Sequence record: AJ697969.1
Length of the DNA: 64,000 nt
Direction: 5' to 3' (one strand)
Origin: Pseudomonas phage EL
The first letter of the stretch is position 1; every line of letters begins with the position of its first letter. This document shows positions 18,211 to 28,647 of this stretch, one piece after another. A program made the translations under genes and the position numbers. Under the pieces are notes generated by a model, which ran no database searches, was not told the origin of the DNA, and saw only the letters and a program-made list of their open reading frames with translations.

Positions 18211-18636
18211 ATGCCGCTATTCAAACGTCAGCCCATGCTGATCATTTCATGCCCTAACATCGGACAGATCAGCTGGGTAGCCACCCAGTTGGTCGAGGAC
18301 TCCCTTTACCACATCTTTGCGGATGGTTCACTCGTTGAAGATGATATTCTGGAAGAATGGTTAGAAACCGAAACCGAAAACATCCTTTTTGATGAAGAGG
18401 GACAGGTTAAAATGTCCCCCCTACTGCACGAGCAGGAATATTGGAACCTGGTTAAGGATCCTCACGCCATGACCGAGTTTTACATGGACGAAGCCCTCGG
18501 TATTCTGGATCACCTTTTCCAGTTAAATAAGGACAAGCTCGCAGAGGTGTCAAATACGCTCTCTGTTGAACGTTACTGGGTAATCCGACATCTCCCTAAC
18601 CATTGGCTCATAAAACTCTATGGTGACCCTAAATGA
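18211..18636 (+). CDS. hypothetical protein
   Basis: the ORF track gives 18118-18636; the first ATG not overlapping the helicase gene is 18211 (MPLFKRQ...). Confidence 0.5.
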   Translation: MPLFKRQPMLIISCPNIGQISWVATQLVEDSLYHIFADGSLVEDDILEEWLETETENILFDEEGQVKMSPLLHEQEYWNLVKDPHAMTEFYMDEALGILDHLFQLNKDKLAEVSNTLSVERYWVIRHLPNHWLIKLYGDPK

Positions 18637-19013
18637 CCTATTCCTGCAACCCTCACAGCCGTACTGTTAAGTCCCAGAACATCAGAACCCCCGGAATGGA
18701 GTTTTTGCGTCAGAAATTCATCCTGAAGATTCTGGTAACCGAACGGGTTCGATGCTTCATGGATGAAGTGAACTTTGATATGTCGGGTGAATTTATCCGT
18801 AAGTTCATTACAGTGCCTCCGGAGTATACGGAACCTGAAACCATCGAACAGTACATCCAAACCGAAGTCCTGGACATCATGGAAGCGTTTAAGCAGTATG
18901 AGGAGAACGCAGTGTACCAGGAGGATTTAAAAGCCCTGTTGCCGTATAAAGGCCATCGGTGGCATCTGGTGTCTTCAACAGACTCCGGAGTCCTGATTAC
19001 AGTCGAGGCGTAG
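18633..19013 (+). CDS. hypothetical protein
   Basis: 126-aa ORF with an ATGA overlap onto the upstream gene. Confidence 0.55.
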   Translation: MTYSCNPHSRTVKSQNIRTPGMEFLRQKFILKILVTERVRCFMDEVNFDMSGEFIRKFITVPPEYTEPETIEQYIQTEVLDIMEAFKQYEENAVYQEDLKALLPYKGHRWHLVSSTDSGVLITVEA

Positions 19014-19018
19014 GGTGT

Positions 19019-19498
19019 ATGAAGTCTGTTATCATTAACCTCGATCCTGATACCCGAGCGGAGCTGTATGCGGATGTTTCCAATACACTCATGGATTTCA
19101 TCCTGATAGAAGCCTTAACGATCGCTTTAAAGGACTATTCGTCATCCGTAGAAACGCTCCAAGACGCAATAGCGGATCCTGAATACTACAAAAATGATCC
19201 GGATACGAACATTGAACAGTCAATTGAATTACTGCTCGATGTACTGAAAGAGCTAGACCGACAGGACGGAGAAGATGTTGAGTCTCCCTTCTACGACGTG
19301 TCCAGTTATTCGGATTGGCTCAGGGATAAACTGTGTTTAGCCATTAGCTCCATAACAGATGCTAATAGCCCCTTGGATTTCATGATGTTGAATGATGTCC
19401 TCACTCTTCCTGAACTCAGTAAACAGTTCAACTTCCAAGGGAAACACCTGAATAACCGTGTTGTCATGTTGCTAACCGGAGTCGATGACCATCTCTAG
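19019..19498 (+). CDS. hypothetical acidic protein
   Basis: ATG at 19019 (MKSVIINLDPD...), the first start after the upstream stop; the track version 18959 overlaps the preceding gene. Confidence 0.55.
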   Translation: MKSVIINLDPDTRAELYADVSNTLMDFILIEALTIALKDYSSSVETLQDAIADPEYYKNDPDTNIEQSIELLLDVLKELDRQDGEDVESPFYDVSSYSDWLRDKLCLAISSITDANSPLDFMMLNDVLTLPELSKQFNFQGKHLNNRVVMLLTGVDDHL

Positions 19499-19511
19499 AC
19501 AGTACACATAT

Positions 19512-19543
19512 ACTACCTCCCTTCCGCAAGGAAGGGAGGTAGT
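19512..19543. terminator. bidirectional terminator: 14-bp perfect stem with GCAA (GNRA) tetraloop, flanked by an A-run and a T-run
   Basis: ACTACCTCCCTTCC-GCAA-GGAAGGGAGGTAGT followed by TCGTTTATTTATTTATTT; lies between convergent genes. Confidence 0.75.
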
Positions 19544-19557
19544 AGTCGTTTATTTAT

Positions 19558-20859
19558 TTATTTCAATGCCATCTCCAAGTCTAAGAGGTTCGTACGGCTG
19601 CCCGCTGTGTGGTGTGCCTTCATGCGCTGCAATAAAAATGCAGTAGGAATCAAGACCACCTCAGAGCTGAGACGATGCCCTAAAGCCCCTAGACCTTCCC
19701 CACAACAGGTCTTACAATAGTAACCGTCCTTTAGGGTACAGAACTGAGGGACTCTGGCTTGTACGGGTTTATTAACGTAACGATCCAGGTTTTCAGCGGT
19801 GAGCTGTATCAGGACTTTCCCATCCTGGATCCACGTTCCTACCCAGTATCCTTTATTGGTTGGTAGGATCGTAACGGTTTCGGTCACCGGGGTACCGCAA
19901 TCCACGACATCCTCGCTAACGGCCGTACGGCCTATTAGACGCAACGTTTCCTTAACCCTAGCCCCACCTTCACCGGTGGACATAGAACGGCTGTAAGAGC
20001 CCTCTACGGCCGTGTTAATGTAGTCTGCCAAGAAGTTCGGATCCCAACCCTCCGCCAGGGAGTTAGGGAGCAGTACCCAACCGTCTCCTGAGGCATTGGG
20101 TTCAATACCGAAGGAAATGAACATCCGTTTACGCGAGTTGTCAATAAACTTCTTTGCAATAAAGAACTTACGGCTAGGACCAGACATTACGATCTTCATG
20201 TCCAGCGCCACACACTGATCAATAATCGAGGTAGCAACAACCGGATCATTGAGTTCGTCTTTATGCTCTTTAAAGAGACGATCCCTGAGTTTAATGACTT
20301 CAGGACTCACCGTTAGGGCATCTACTCCACCCGGTTTAATGAAGTGAGACCCTAACCCTTCCAGGAACTGGCAGTTATGGGAGAACTTCAAACACTGGTC
20401 TACACTGGCCTTCCCTTCAGGTACCGCTTCCCCCGGTGGGGGATTATCCACCATGAGAGTTTCCAAGATCTTCAAGATAACCGGTTTGGTGAACTCCTGG
20501 TTAAGGTAGGGTTGGGTCTTCCCGAAGCATTCCCAGAAGAGGATAACGTTGAAGAGTAAGAGTCCAAAGGTAGTCGTGACCGCTTTACCTTGCAACACGG
20601 GATGGAAGTCTCCCGGGAGTTCCAGGATTTCATCCATGTAGAACAGGGGTTCATTCACCTCCCCATTTACGGTATGGGTAGAACCCTCTACCACGACATT
20701 GAACCGATTATCCTCCACAAAGACAGCATAGGGGTATTTCTTGAACTGTCCAGAGGAATCTTCGTCTTCAAACTGGATAGTAATAATCGATTGAATAGCC
20801 GCCTTTTCGTTATAGGCTCGGTTATTCAGAAAGAGTTTAAGGTAGTCGAGTTTAGTCAT
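19558..20859 (-). CDS. hypothetical protein (433 aa; C-terminal Cys cluster CKTCCGEGLGALGH)
   Basis: long minus-strand ORF with an ATGA overlap onto the upstream minus gene. Confidence 0.65.
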   Translation of the reverse strand: MTKLDYLKLFLNNRAYNEKAAIQSIITIQFEDEDSSGQFKKYPYAVFVEDNRFNVVVEGSTHTVNGEVNEPLFYMDEILELPGDFHPVLQGKAVTTTFGLLLFNVILFWECFGKTQPYLNQEFTKPVILKILETLMVDNPPPGEAVPEGKASVDQCLKFSHNCQFLEGLGSHFIKPGGVDALTVSPEVIKLRDRLFKEHKDELNDPVVATSIIDQCVALDMKIVMSGPSRKFFIAKKFIDNSRKRMFISFGIEPNASGDGWVLLPNSLAEGWDPNFLADYINTAVEGSYSRSMSTGEGGARVKETLRLIGRTAVSEDVVDCGTPVTETVTILPTNKGYWVGTWIQDGKVLIQLTAENLDRYVNKPVQARVPQFCTLKDGYYCKTCCGEGLGALGHRLSSEVVLIPTAFLLQRMKAHHTAGSRTNLLDLEMALK

Positions 20860-21785
20860 GGGAGTTCCACTCGCTGAATAAGGTCTTCAATACGGGTCAA
20901 CGTCAGAGGGTCTTCAATGACCGAATAGAGGTATTGGGTCATCTTATCCTTAAGCCATTCGTTATTGATTTCAGACACCAGGAAGAACCCAATAACCTCC
21001 TTGGCATACTGAAGGGTACTGTCTTCCGTTTGTTGAGCCAGGAGAACTTCCAAGTTACGACTGTAGAAACTCAGGAAGCTCTTTACACTCCCTCCCAGTT
21101 GTCCGTTCTTCTTAACGTGTTCAAAGGCCAGAGTTCCTTCAATAAGGGTTGCATTCGCCCGAATACGCTGTTCAATAGGGGTGGGAACGTTCTCAATCTC
21201 CTCGGGGTTAAAGAGAGCGTCCTTAATGGCTTTAAGGGTGACTTCTGAAACATCCTCAATAAAGGTTTCGTACTCTGACAGATCGAGGTCTTCACCCAGG
21301 TAGAGTTGCATCACCAGGAACAGTCGGTTCACAGGGGGGATGTCATACGCCTCCAAGACGTGTTTAAGACCAATCAGGTCTTCGTACTCCTGCAACTCCA
21401 TAAAGAACGACAACAACCGAGTTAAAGCAGGGAGGTTGTCTTCACCCAGGAAATCGTGATTGAAAACGAACCCTAGCTGTTCCAGCACATCGATTATATT
21501 GGTCGTTAGGATCAAATACACCTGATGCTTCTTAGCCGGGATTTCCAAAGCTTCATTAATCAACAGATCAGTCAGTTGACTGGGCATCAAGGACTCAGGT
21601 TGACTGAGCATAATTAAATTAAACGATTCATCCAATTCTTTAGCCTGATTGGCGGGTATGGCGTTCCGGAGTTCTGACCAGAGACCCCCTACCAGGGTGT
21701 CAGCCAGGTACGCTCCCTCTTCCAGGGTAACAGATTCTTCATGCTCAATAATCATTGGGTTAACTCTCGTAAAGTGCGTTTCCAA
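20856..21785 (-). CDS. hypothetical protein
   Basis: 309-aa minus-strand ORF heading the minus block. Confidence 0.65.
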   Translation of the reverse strand: METHFTRVNPMIIEHEESVTLEEGAYLADTLVGGLWSELRNAIPANQAKELDESFNLIMLSQPESLMPSQLTDLLINEALEIPAKKHQVYLILTTNIIDVLEQLGFVFNHDFLGEDNLPALTRLLSFFMELQEYEDLIGLKHVLEAYDIPPVNRLFLVMQLYLGEDLDLSEYETFIEDVSEVTLKAIKDALFNPEEIENVPTPIEQRIRANATLIEGTLAFEHVKKNGQLGGSVKSFLSFYSRNLEVLLAQQTEDSTLQYAKEVIGFFLVSEINNEWLKDKMTQYLYSVIEDPLTLTRIEDLIQRVELP

Positions 21786-21800
21786 AGGGAATCATAGCAT

Positions 21801-22670
21801 ATGTCGACTAAACAGCAACAGCGTCGGGTTAAGAAACTCAATAAACGCAAGCAAGTGAGTAAGCAAAAACAACGGGCTAAGAACATCCAGGACGCTTACC
21901 TCCGACAGGACTTTGGTAAAGGCTACCAGGGGGAGGCCCTGAGTAAGGATGCCTTGTACGATAAGGTCAGGGGTGAAAACAAAGCCTTCTCGGTACGCGA
22001 CCTTATTAATAACCGTCAACGTCTGGCTGAGCTGGCTGAACAGATGAAGCTGACGGGTGATGAGGACATCCCTCAGCTCTTCAGTGGGGAAGAACTCCTC
22101 AACGCTATCAACGACATGATTACCGTCACCATTAAGCTCCACAGTGGGGTGATCGTGTACAACCGTCTGGTTGAAGAACGCCGCTTTGATATCAGTGAGG
22201 ATGACCGTGCCTTACTGGAGAACTACGAACGCAAAGTGGTGGAGTTTGCGGAAGATGTCTCAGTCGTCACGACCCTGCATGAAGCAGGTCAACAACCCGA
22301 GGATTACTTTGAAGTCGTCCTTAACCTGGCCGATGTCATGGCAGCCCTCAGTGAGGAGTTTGGGGAACCGGTTCTGGATCTCATTACCCAACAGGGTGAT
22401 CTGATCGAAGCCTATGCCGTTGAACACAAACCTGAAGGACTGTCTGTCTACGATTACATGTGTCAACTTCATAGTGAACGTATTACGGTTATCCAACAGT
22501 TGTACGGTGAGAGCCGGCTGAATGACGTCTTTAACGAATTGCACACCCTGGAGCAGGAACTCCCAGATTCCCCTGAAGAGATCCCAGGTGATAACCTCCC
22601 CTTCCCTGAGAAGGAAGAGGTTGGCGAATTCATCGCTATTTCCAACGATCCTGTCATTAACCCCCAGTAA
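21801..22670 (+). CDS. hypothetical protein with basic K/R/Q-rich N-terminus and acidic C-terminus
   Basis: 289-aa ORF; MSTKQQQRRVKKLNKRKQVSKQKQRAKN. Confidence 0.65.
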   Translation: MSTKQQQRRVKKLNKRKQVSKQKQRAKNIQDAYLRQDFGKGYQGEALSKDALYDKVRGENKAFSVRDLINNRQRLAELAEQMKLTGDEDIPQLFSGEELLNAINDMITVTIKLHSGVIVYNRLVEERRFDISEDDRALLENYERKVVEFAEDVSVVTTLHEAGQQPEDYFEVVLNLADVMAALSEEFGEPVLDLITQQGDLIEAYAVEHKPEGLSVYDYMCQLHSERITVIQQLYGESRLNDVFNELHTLEQELPDSPEEIPGDNLPFPEKEEVGEFIAISNDPVINPQ

Positions 22671-22682
22671 GGGACTGTTTGT

Positions 22683-24407
22683 ATGTCTGAGAATGTAACC
22701 CCGAACGAAAACCCTGAACTGACTCCCCCTTCGGAGTTGAGCAAAGCTGTTGAACAAACGATTCCCAAAACGGAGCCTTCCAGCCACTTTGGCTTCATGG
22801 ATACCCACACGCCTCAGAATACACCCATGAAGGAGGTGGTGGAACCGCTCAACCCCATTACCAAAGAACTGGTTGAAGACGATCGAGCTAAGGGGTTCAC
22901 CAGTATCTTCCTGGGGGTTGGTAAAGAAGAGAATGAGAAAGCGGCTGAACTGATTACCAACTGGAGTGCGTGGAACACGTTCAAAGAATTGAATAAGGTA
23001 GGGGAGGTTTCCCCAACAGTCTTTGCATCAGCTAAGCAAGACTGGGATGCCTTTGTTCAAGAGAACTACCCGGATGTGAATCCCAATGAGTTGGAGAAGA
23101 CCGCTAGTGATCTGTTCAAGTTCATGAACAGTCTTCAGGAGAACCTCCAACTTCGTACCCGCATGGTGCGGGAAGAGAATATTACCAACGCCTCGCGCCG
23201 GTGTGATAAACTCACCACGACCGATATCGTTGGTAAAACCCCGTCGGTGAATAAGAAAGGGTTGAGTATTGCAGATCGCATGATTCGCTCGACCATTCGT
23301 TCGTCGGGGGGTGTATACCAGTATAACCAACTGCTGCGTAATTCGTTCCTGAGTATTACGTGGGAACGTCCTCAGAAGCTGGAAGTCGCCGATCTCATCA
23401 ACAACATTAACCGCCGTATTCGGGGGTATGTACGACGGGTCGGTGGGAACGCCATGGCGTTGTCTTACATCGCGGGATATATTGAGATCTGGGATTGGTT
23501 GAAGCCCCGCTTGGTCAGCAGCAGTGTCAAAGGCCTGGCGGATTTCGATGACCTCAGCAAGGTGATCCGTATTACGGACATGCCGGTGATCTGTGCAGGT
23601 CTCTTGGCGTCGATCACGGATGACGGCGTCCAAATGGACCTCCGCTGCATGAACCCCAGCTGTGACTGGTATCAGTTCGATCTCATTGATCCGACTAAGT
23701 TGGTGCAGCGTCGTCCGTCGATTGAAACCGATGAAGAAGCCGCCTTCTTTGGTAATATCTTCAGTGGGCGTGAACAACACACCGTCGATGAAATCCTCAA
23801 GATGATCGAACAGTCCACCTACGGGATGGACAATCGGTACGTGTACAACGAGGATCAATCCATTCGTCTGAAAGTAGGACCTCCCAGTCTGTCGGATGCC
23901 TTCGCTACCTTCGACTATTTCGTAGGGCGTGTAGATAAGCAGTTGGCGGATATTAGCAACAAAGTCAACACGGAACAAGACCTGGAAGAGCAACGTCTCC
24001 TTCTGCTTAACAGCTTGAGTGGGGCGGAGTACATGCACTGGGTGGAAGAGTTCGCTATTATGCCACCTCCGGGTGAGGACAGTGAACCCCAGGTCATTAA
24101 GCGGGCCAAGGAAGACCCTAACGAGTTCAATAAAGGTCTTATGGACTCCCTGCTGACCGATGAGGTGATGAATAAGAACTTGGTGTTGTTCGTCTACAAT
24201 AAAGCGCCTTATCTGACCCGGACCTTTATTGGTGTCCGTAACTTCGTGTGTCCGAAGTGCGGTACGGAGTCGGATGCTCACCAAGAGGATCGTAAACTCG
24301 GGTATACCCCGATCGATGCCTTTATGAGTTTTTTTATCCATTCCCAGCTGATGTTGATGAATCTGGCGATGGAGCGTCAAAAGGTAAACAACGAAGCCCT
24401 CTCCTGA
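22683..24407 (+). CDS. hypothetical protein with C-terminal zinc-ribbon-like CxxC pairs
   Basis: 574 aa; CMNPSCDWY ... CPKCGTESDAH. Confidence 0.7.
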   Translation: MSENVTPNENPELTPPSELSKAVEQTIPKTEPSSHFGFMDTHTPQNTPMKEVVEPLNPITKELVEDDRAKGFTSIFLGVGKEENEKAAELITNWSAWNTFKELNKVGEVSPTVFASAKQDWDAFVQENYPDVNPNELEKTASDLFKFMNSLQENLQLRTRMVREENITNASRRCDKLTTTDIVGKTPSVNKKGLSIADRMIRSTIRSSGGVYQYNQLLRNSFLSITWERPQKLEVADLINNINRRIRGYVRRVGGNAMALSYIAGYIEIWDWLKPRLVSSSVKGLADFDDLSKVIRITDMPVICAGLLASITDDGVQMDLRCMNPSCDWYQFDLIDPTKLVQRRPSIETDEEAAFFGNIFSGREQHTVDEILKMIEQSTYGMDNRYVYNEDQSIRLKVGPPSLSDAFATFDYFVGRVDKQLADISNKVNTEQDLEEQRLLLLNSLSGAEYMHWVEEFAIMPPPGEDSEPQVIKRAKEDPNEFNKGLMDSLLTDEVMNKNLVLFVYNKAPYLTRTFIGVRNFVCPKCGTESDAHQEDRKLGYTPIDAFMSFFIHSQLMLMNLAMERQKVNNEALS

Positions 24408-24502
24408 TTGGCGGTAAAGCGATTCACAATCCGGAGTTCTCGGCGGTTTACTTAAACCTCCAGAAGCAAGATCTCAGTGGTCTCAAGGAAGAGACTATCC
24501 TG

Positions 24503-24877
24503 TTGAACAACCAAGCGTTGCATGACATCAACATGGGATATGTCTCACCCCGTAATCTCCCCCCTCACCAATCGATTAAGTTCTTTCCGTCTGAAGTCAG
24601 GTATTACCACCCCTTCTCGTATGAGAGTATAGGGGAGTATTACGGGACTTTTCGGCTGGATGAATACCTGCCCTTAAGGGATTACTTGGAATTGCCCGCT
24701 AACTGTGCAGACACGTTGGTTAAGGCCGTTCAAAAGGGACGGGAAAAACGGTTGGTAATGGAGAAAGAGCATCTGAAGGAAGAGGAAGAGAAACAGGCGA
24801 AGAATGGGGGTAAACGAACCGCCTCGGAGTCGGTTTCTATGGATGCATTACTGGATCAATTGTCTAAACTTCGTTAA
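24503..24877 (+). CDS. hypothetical protein
   Basis: 124-aa ORF. Confidence 0.5.
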   Translation: MNNQALHDINMGYVSPRNLPPHQSIKFFPSEVRYYHPFSYESIGEYYGTFRLDEYLPLRDYLELPANCADTLVKAVQKGREKRLVMEKEHLKEEEEKQAKNGGKRTASESVSMDALLDQLSKLR

Positions 24878-24886
24878 GAGAATGGG

Positions 24887-24915
24887 TAACCTGGGGGCCT
24901 AGAGCCCCCAGGTTA
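24887..24915 (+). terminator. hairpin terminator (TAACCTGGGGG / CCCCCAGGTTA)
   Basis: 11-bp perfect stem 10 nt after the stop. Confidence 0.55.
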
Positions 24916-24979
24916 TCTTATGACATACATGGTGACACCTCGTCTCTATACCGCTGTCTAACTGAAAAGGGCCCTCCTA

Positions 24980-25588
24980 ATGTCCAACGATTACAAAGCA
25001 CCTGAGGTTACTGACCTCGGTAAGAAAGAAGAAAGTCCGAAGACCCAACCTACGCCTTCCATCCCCAATACGGTGGCTAAGGCTCAGGGTGCTAAATTCG
25101 AACCCGTACCTCTCCGTATTGGCATTGGCCAAATGGTCAATGGCAAAGGTAATGCGGTCACGGATATCATGAAAGAACGGATTGACCGTCACCTGACCTA
25201 CCTGGCCGGTAAGAAAGGCTTCACCAGTGATAGTGAACGGGAGGATGAACAAACCTCCTTTATCGAGATCATTGGTTCTACACTGACCCTTCCGTTTCCC
25301 CAGTACGTCATCGTTACTGACTACCTGTTGGCGGTTATCCGGGAGAACCGGGAAATCTTTGCCAACGGTACGGCATTCCGCTTTACCTACAAGCTCCGTA
25401 AGGAGTACCCGATAGAGAACGTTAAACTCTATCACACCTACATGACCTTCCTGACGTTCATCGCGGGTAACTGGGAAGCTCGTCATCGCCTTAACCGCAT
25501 CATTGATCTGGGAACGGCTATCCGCGATCTTCCTCGTAAGGGCAAAGAGAACGCCACCCAGTACTTCAATAAGCTGCAAAACGTTTGA
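24980..25588 (+). CDS. hypothetical protein
   Basis: 202-aa ORF; the plus strand is preferred over the antisense 533-aa shadow ORF. Confidence 0.6.
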   Translation: MSNDYKAPEVTDLGKKEESPKTQPTPSIPNTVAKAQGAKFEPVPLRIGIGQMVNGKGNAVTDIMKERIDRHLTYLAGKKGFTSDSEREDEQTSFIEIIGSTLTLPFPQYVIVTDYLLAVIRENREIFANGTAFRFTYKLRKEYPIENVKLYHTYMTFLTFIAGNWEARHRLNRIIDLGTAIRDLPRKGKENATQYFNKLQNV

Positions 25589-25624
25589 TTTCCCTTTAGA
25601 CTCTTTATCCAAGGAACGCTTCCA

Positions 25625-26701
25625 ATGGACAGTGTTGTACTTACCGAAGAAGACGGTAATGGTTATGAAATCCCGGATCTCCCTCATATCGGGATTGTGT
25701 ATGATGCGCTTAACGATACCCTGGATCAAGTGGATCGGGGTGTTGCAGGTACGGAAAGCCTGACCGCCTCCCAACAGTACCTGGTGGGTGCACTCGCTGC
25801 GAACCGACCTGGTTACTCGGTGACCGGTAACGAAGGCTTTATGGCCAATATCGGTGCAGGTCTTAAAGCCGCGTATGACTACGTGGTGAAGATGTTCAAG
25901 AGCCTCTGGGACTTCTTCTTCAAGCGTGATGTCTCTCAGAAGACCTCGGATGCTAAGAAGGAGATTGATGACCTCCAGACAAAACTGGAGGTGGTTCAGA
26001 CCGGGGGTAAGACGGAAGCGGAAACCCAGGAAGCCCTGCACTCCATGAAGGTCCAGGTTAAGGAACAGGCACAATCTGGCTTTAACATCGACGGGGTAGA
26101 CGCAGAAGAATGGGTGGAGAAAGAGACGAAGGCCTCCGCTACCCATGAGGAGAAGAAAGTCGCGGTTAAGACCCTGGCCAGAGAGCTTCCTAAGGTCAAC
26201 ACCCGGGGCAAGAAACGCCTCCAAGGTGTCATTGAGCGGATGATCAAAACTCAGCAATATTTGGTCAGTGTGATTGATATCGCCGATAAAGAAGCTCGGG
26301 AAACCCTGAATGAAAACCTCATGCGGGTAACGGACTCTATGAAACTCCTCCGCACCAATGTTCATCAGTCTACTGAGCAACTGAGTCGAGTGAAAGACGT
26401 CAAAGACCTGACGGCTGTACACAACGTCATGAACGGTGTTATTAAAGAGATCGATACCTTTAAGAATGCTGCTCAGGCCGTGCAGAGTGTTCGCGGCAAA
26501 ATGGCTGACAAGATTAAGATCGTTGAACAGCAATTGGCCGAGGTGGCTAAAGGTGGAGGTGACACCAAAGCGACTCAAGCAGCGCTGGATGAACTCCGCA
26601 AGATCATGAACTTCCTGGTTAAATGCGGTAAATGTATTACTAACATCATTGAAGACAGTGTGAAGCTCCAGAAAGCCTTTAATGGTGTCTTCGGGCTGTA
26701 A
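25625..26701 (+). CDS. paralog-family protein (probable virion/head protein); coiled-coil rich
   Basis: contains the family motif TGNE-GFMANIGAGLKAAYDYVVKMFKSLWDFFF shared with 30459, 41677 and 43061. Confidence 0.6.
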   Translation: MDSVVLTEEDGNGYEIPDLPHIGIVYDALNDTLDQVDRGVAGTESLTASQQYLVGALAANRPGYSVTGNEGFMANIGAGLKAAYDYVVKMFKSLWDFFFKRDVSQKTSDAKKEIDDLQTKLEVVQTGGKTEAETQEALHSMKVQVKEQAQSGFNIDGVDAEEWVEKETKASATHEEKKVAVKTLARELPKVNTRGKKRLQGVIERMIKTQQYLVSVIDIADKEARETLNENLMRVTDSMKLLRTNVHQSTEQLSRVKDVKDLTAVHNVMNGVIKEIDTFKNAAQAVQSVRGKMADKIKIVEQQLAEVAKGGGDTKATQAALDELRKIMNFLVKCGKCITNIIEDSVKLQKAFNGVFGL

Positions 26702-26710
26702 CCCTGGTAA

Positions 26711-26752
26711 CCCTTACTACCCCTCTCCCCGTGAAGGGAGAGGGGTAGTAAG
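26711..26752. terminator. bidirectional terminator, 18-bp perfect stem (CCTTACTACCCCTCTCCC / GGGAGAGGGGTAGTAAGG)
   Basis: lies between a convergent plus gene (stop 26701) and a minus gene (stop 26758). Confidence 0.75.
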
Positions 26753-26757
26753 GTCTA

Positions 26758-28563
26758 TTATGCGGTGTCTTGCACGGGTTCTTCCGTATCGATGTTAATA
26801 CGGGATTTACGGTTACGAGCGTTCGCTTGCATCTCCTTAAGCAGTTCCTCTCGACCTGTTTCCACCATTAACCGTTCAAACTCATCCTTCAATTGATCTA
26901 ATTGAGGGAATCTAAACAAATCATGGCATAATCCAATGGCGTTCGCTTCTGCACTGCTCGCAAAGTTCACCCCAATCTGCCTGAACTTATTGCCGTCAGC
27001 GCCTTGAATCCGAAACACTTCCATTTGTGTGGTACGATTCCCGACGTTCAATGCCAAGGTCGCGTGAGGGTACGCACCTTCAACATCGATATCGGACGAA
27101 TCTGTACGCCCAGTGCTGTATACATCAGCGAGTCCATGGAAGAGCTGAGCGCCGACATCCGCATTCTTCTCGGTATCGAGTAACGCAATCCAGTTTGACA
27201 ACGGAGGCAGTTTATCAATAATGGATTGATCGCGTTTACGAGGGGTACTCCCCCACACAAACCCATACCGGCGTGCAAAGAAACTCAAGGTATCACTGAC
27301 CAACTTGGGTTGAGAGACGTAGTTAAAATACTCCGAATACTTCAACAACATAGGAAGTGACAATGACAAGTCATTGGTCTTCTCATTGATCTCTTCAATA
27401 ACGAAGTCATCCCCAATGTTGTACATGCAATACAGATACGGCCATTTCCGTTGCATGTAACGGTGCCACTGAGGCGTACCCGGTCGGATATGAGCACCTT
27501 CTTCGGTATACAGTTTACCCGGTACGTTCACATGCTTCGCTGCTCCTTCTAACGAAACATCAGGAAGTTTACCTTCAGACGGTTGACGCTTAATGCAGAA
27601 GAACGACATCGCGTCTAACCATTGCCAGGTGGCCATGGTTCGAACAGTGGGCCATTTCTCTTGAGGTTCCAAGGGCATTTTAGAACCGTCTTCCTTGACT
27701 TTGTGGGTTCTCCCTAAGTTCAGCTCGTAATACCGAAATTCCTTAGGAATACTGGGATCGCAATACACATCCTCCAATCGATACCCTTCATTCCTAAGGG
27801 CTTCCTCATTCTTGGTCATGTCGTATTCAGCATTCCAACTGGCGACCCAGTCCGGTTGCCATTCGTGCATCTTGTTGATACACGCCACCACCACTTGACC
27901 TGGGGTATCAAAGAGTTCGTATTGAACCACACACTGACGCCGTTTAAGGTGTTCACTCAACCACTTGCCTTCAGCGTCTTTAAGGTGCTTAAGAATCGTG
28001 GCGTCATCCGGTTCTTTAAACCAACTCCGTACGGCTGCAAAATACGCCTTACGCTTCATGGTAACCGAGGCCATCATAATGGGGTTACCGGGAGCATCCA
28101 TGTCGGTTTCAACGTCGTACGCTGCTACGGTAAAGGGTTCCTTCTCCTGATGTTCTCCATATTTCTTAAAGAACTGGTGTTTAATGTGCACCGGAGGGGT
28201 TTGGTCTAAGCCGAAGACGTAAGGACTTTCTTTAGCTTCCGCTAGACTGGCTTTATAATCTGCTCGTCCATAGAGCTGTTTAATCACATTAAAGGCAATC
28301 TGTGCCCGGGGAGCCTTGTACTCCCGACACCAGGATTCTTCAATGTAATCTTTATGCTGTTTGTACTTCCGTTTGTTCTCTTTAACAATGTAGTACGGTT
28401 GCTTATAATCCTTAATCGAAATAAACGATTGACTTCGACCACCATCTTCATGAATATTGGTGATCTTTACACACGTTAAATCACTGCCCCTGTTGAACCT
28501 GCTGACCGAGTAATTACTGTGTTTGCAGACTTTAGCGACAATGGGTGAAGTATTCTCGACCAT
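26758..28563 (-). CDS. family B DNA polymerase, N-terminal fragment (3'-5' exonuclease Exo I-III plus polymerase motif A); C-terminal motifs absent
   Basis: Exo I AAYDVETDM; Exo II WNAEYDM; Exo III YNIGDD; motif A-like DVEGAYPHATLALNVGN (compare DxxSLYPSII). The ORF ends about 100 aa later with no YGDTDS. Confidence 0.55.
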   Translation of the reverse strand: MVENTSPIVAKVCKHSNYSVSRFNRGSDLTCVKITNIHEDGGRSQSFISIKDYKQPYYIVKENKRKYKQHKDYIEESWCREYKAPRAQIAFNVIKQLYGRADYKASLAEAKESPYVFGLDQTPPVHIKHQFFKKYGEHQEKEPFTVAAYDVETDMDAPGNPIMMASVTMKRKAYFAAVRSWFKEPDDATILKHLKDAEGKWLSEHLKRRQCVVQYELFDTPGQVVVACINKMHEWQPDWVASWNAEYDMTKNEEALRNEGYRLEDVYCDPSIPKEFRYYELNLGRTHKVKEDGSKMPLEPQEKWPTVRTMATWQWLDAMSFFCIKRQPSEGKLPDVSLEGAAKHVNVPGKLYTEEGAHIRPGTPQWHRYMQRKWPYLYCMYNIGDDFVIEEINEKTNDLSLSLPMLLKYSEYFNYVSQPKLVSDTLSFFARRYGFVWGSTPRKRDQSIIDKLPPLSNWIALLDTEKNADVGAQLFHGLADVYSTGRTDSSDIDVEGAYPHATLALNVGNRTTQMEVFRIQGADGNKFRQIGVNFASSAEANAIGLCHDLFRFPQLDQLKDEFERLMVETGREELLKEMQANARNRKSRINIDTEEPVQDTA

Positions 28564-28647
28564 TCCTTAACCCTGCATTTTATGATTGCTTTGGAGACTA
28601 TACCAATAGGGGTATAGGTCGGTATTTACAGTAGGAGTAACCCGTTA

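Noticed and set aside
23028-24380. 450-aa minus-strand ORF
   Set aside because: Antisense to a protein-like 574-aa plus-strand gene; its composition is His/Arg/Val rich.
24977-26578. 533-aa minus-strand ORF
   Set aside because: It overlaps two plus-strand genes with good protein-like sequences, one of which carries the paralog-family motif; the composition is that of a shadow ORF.
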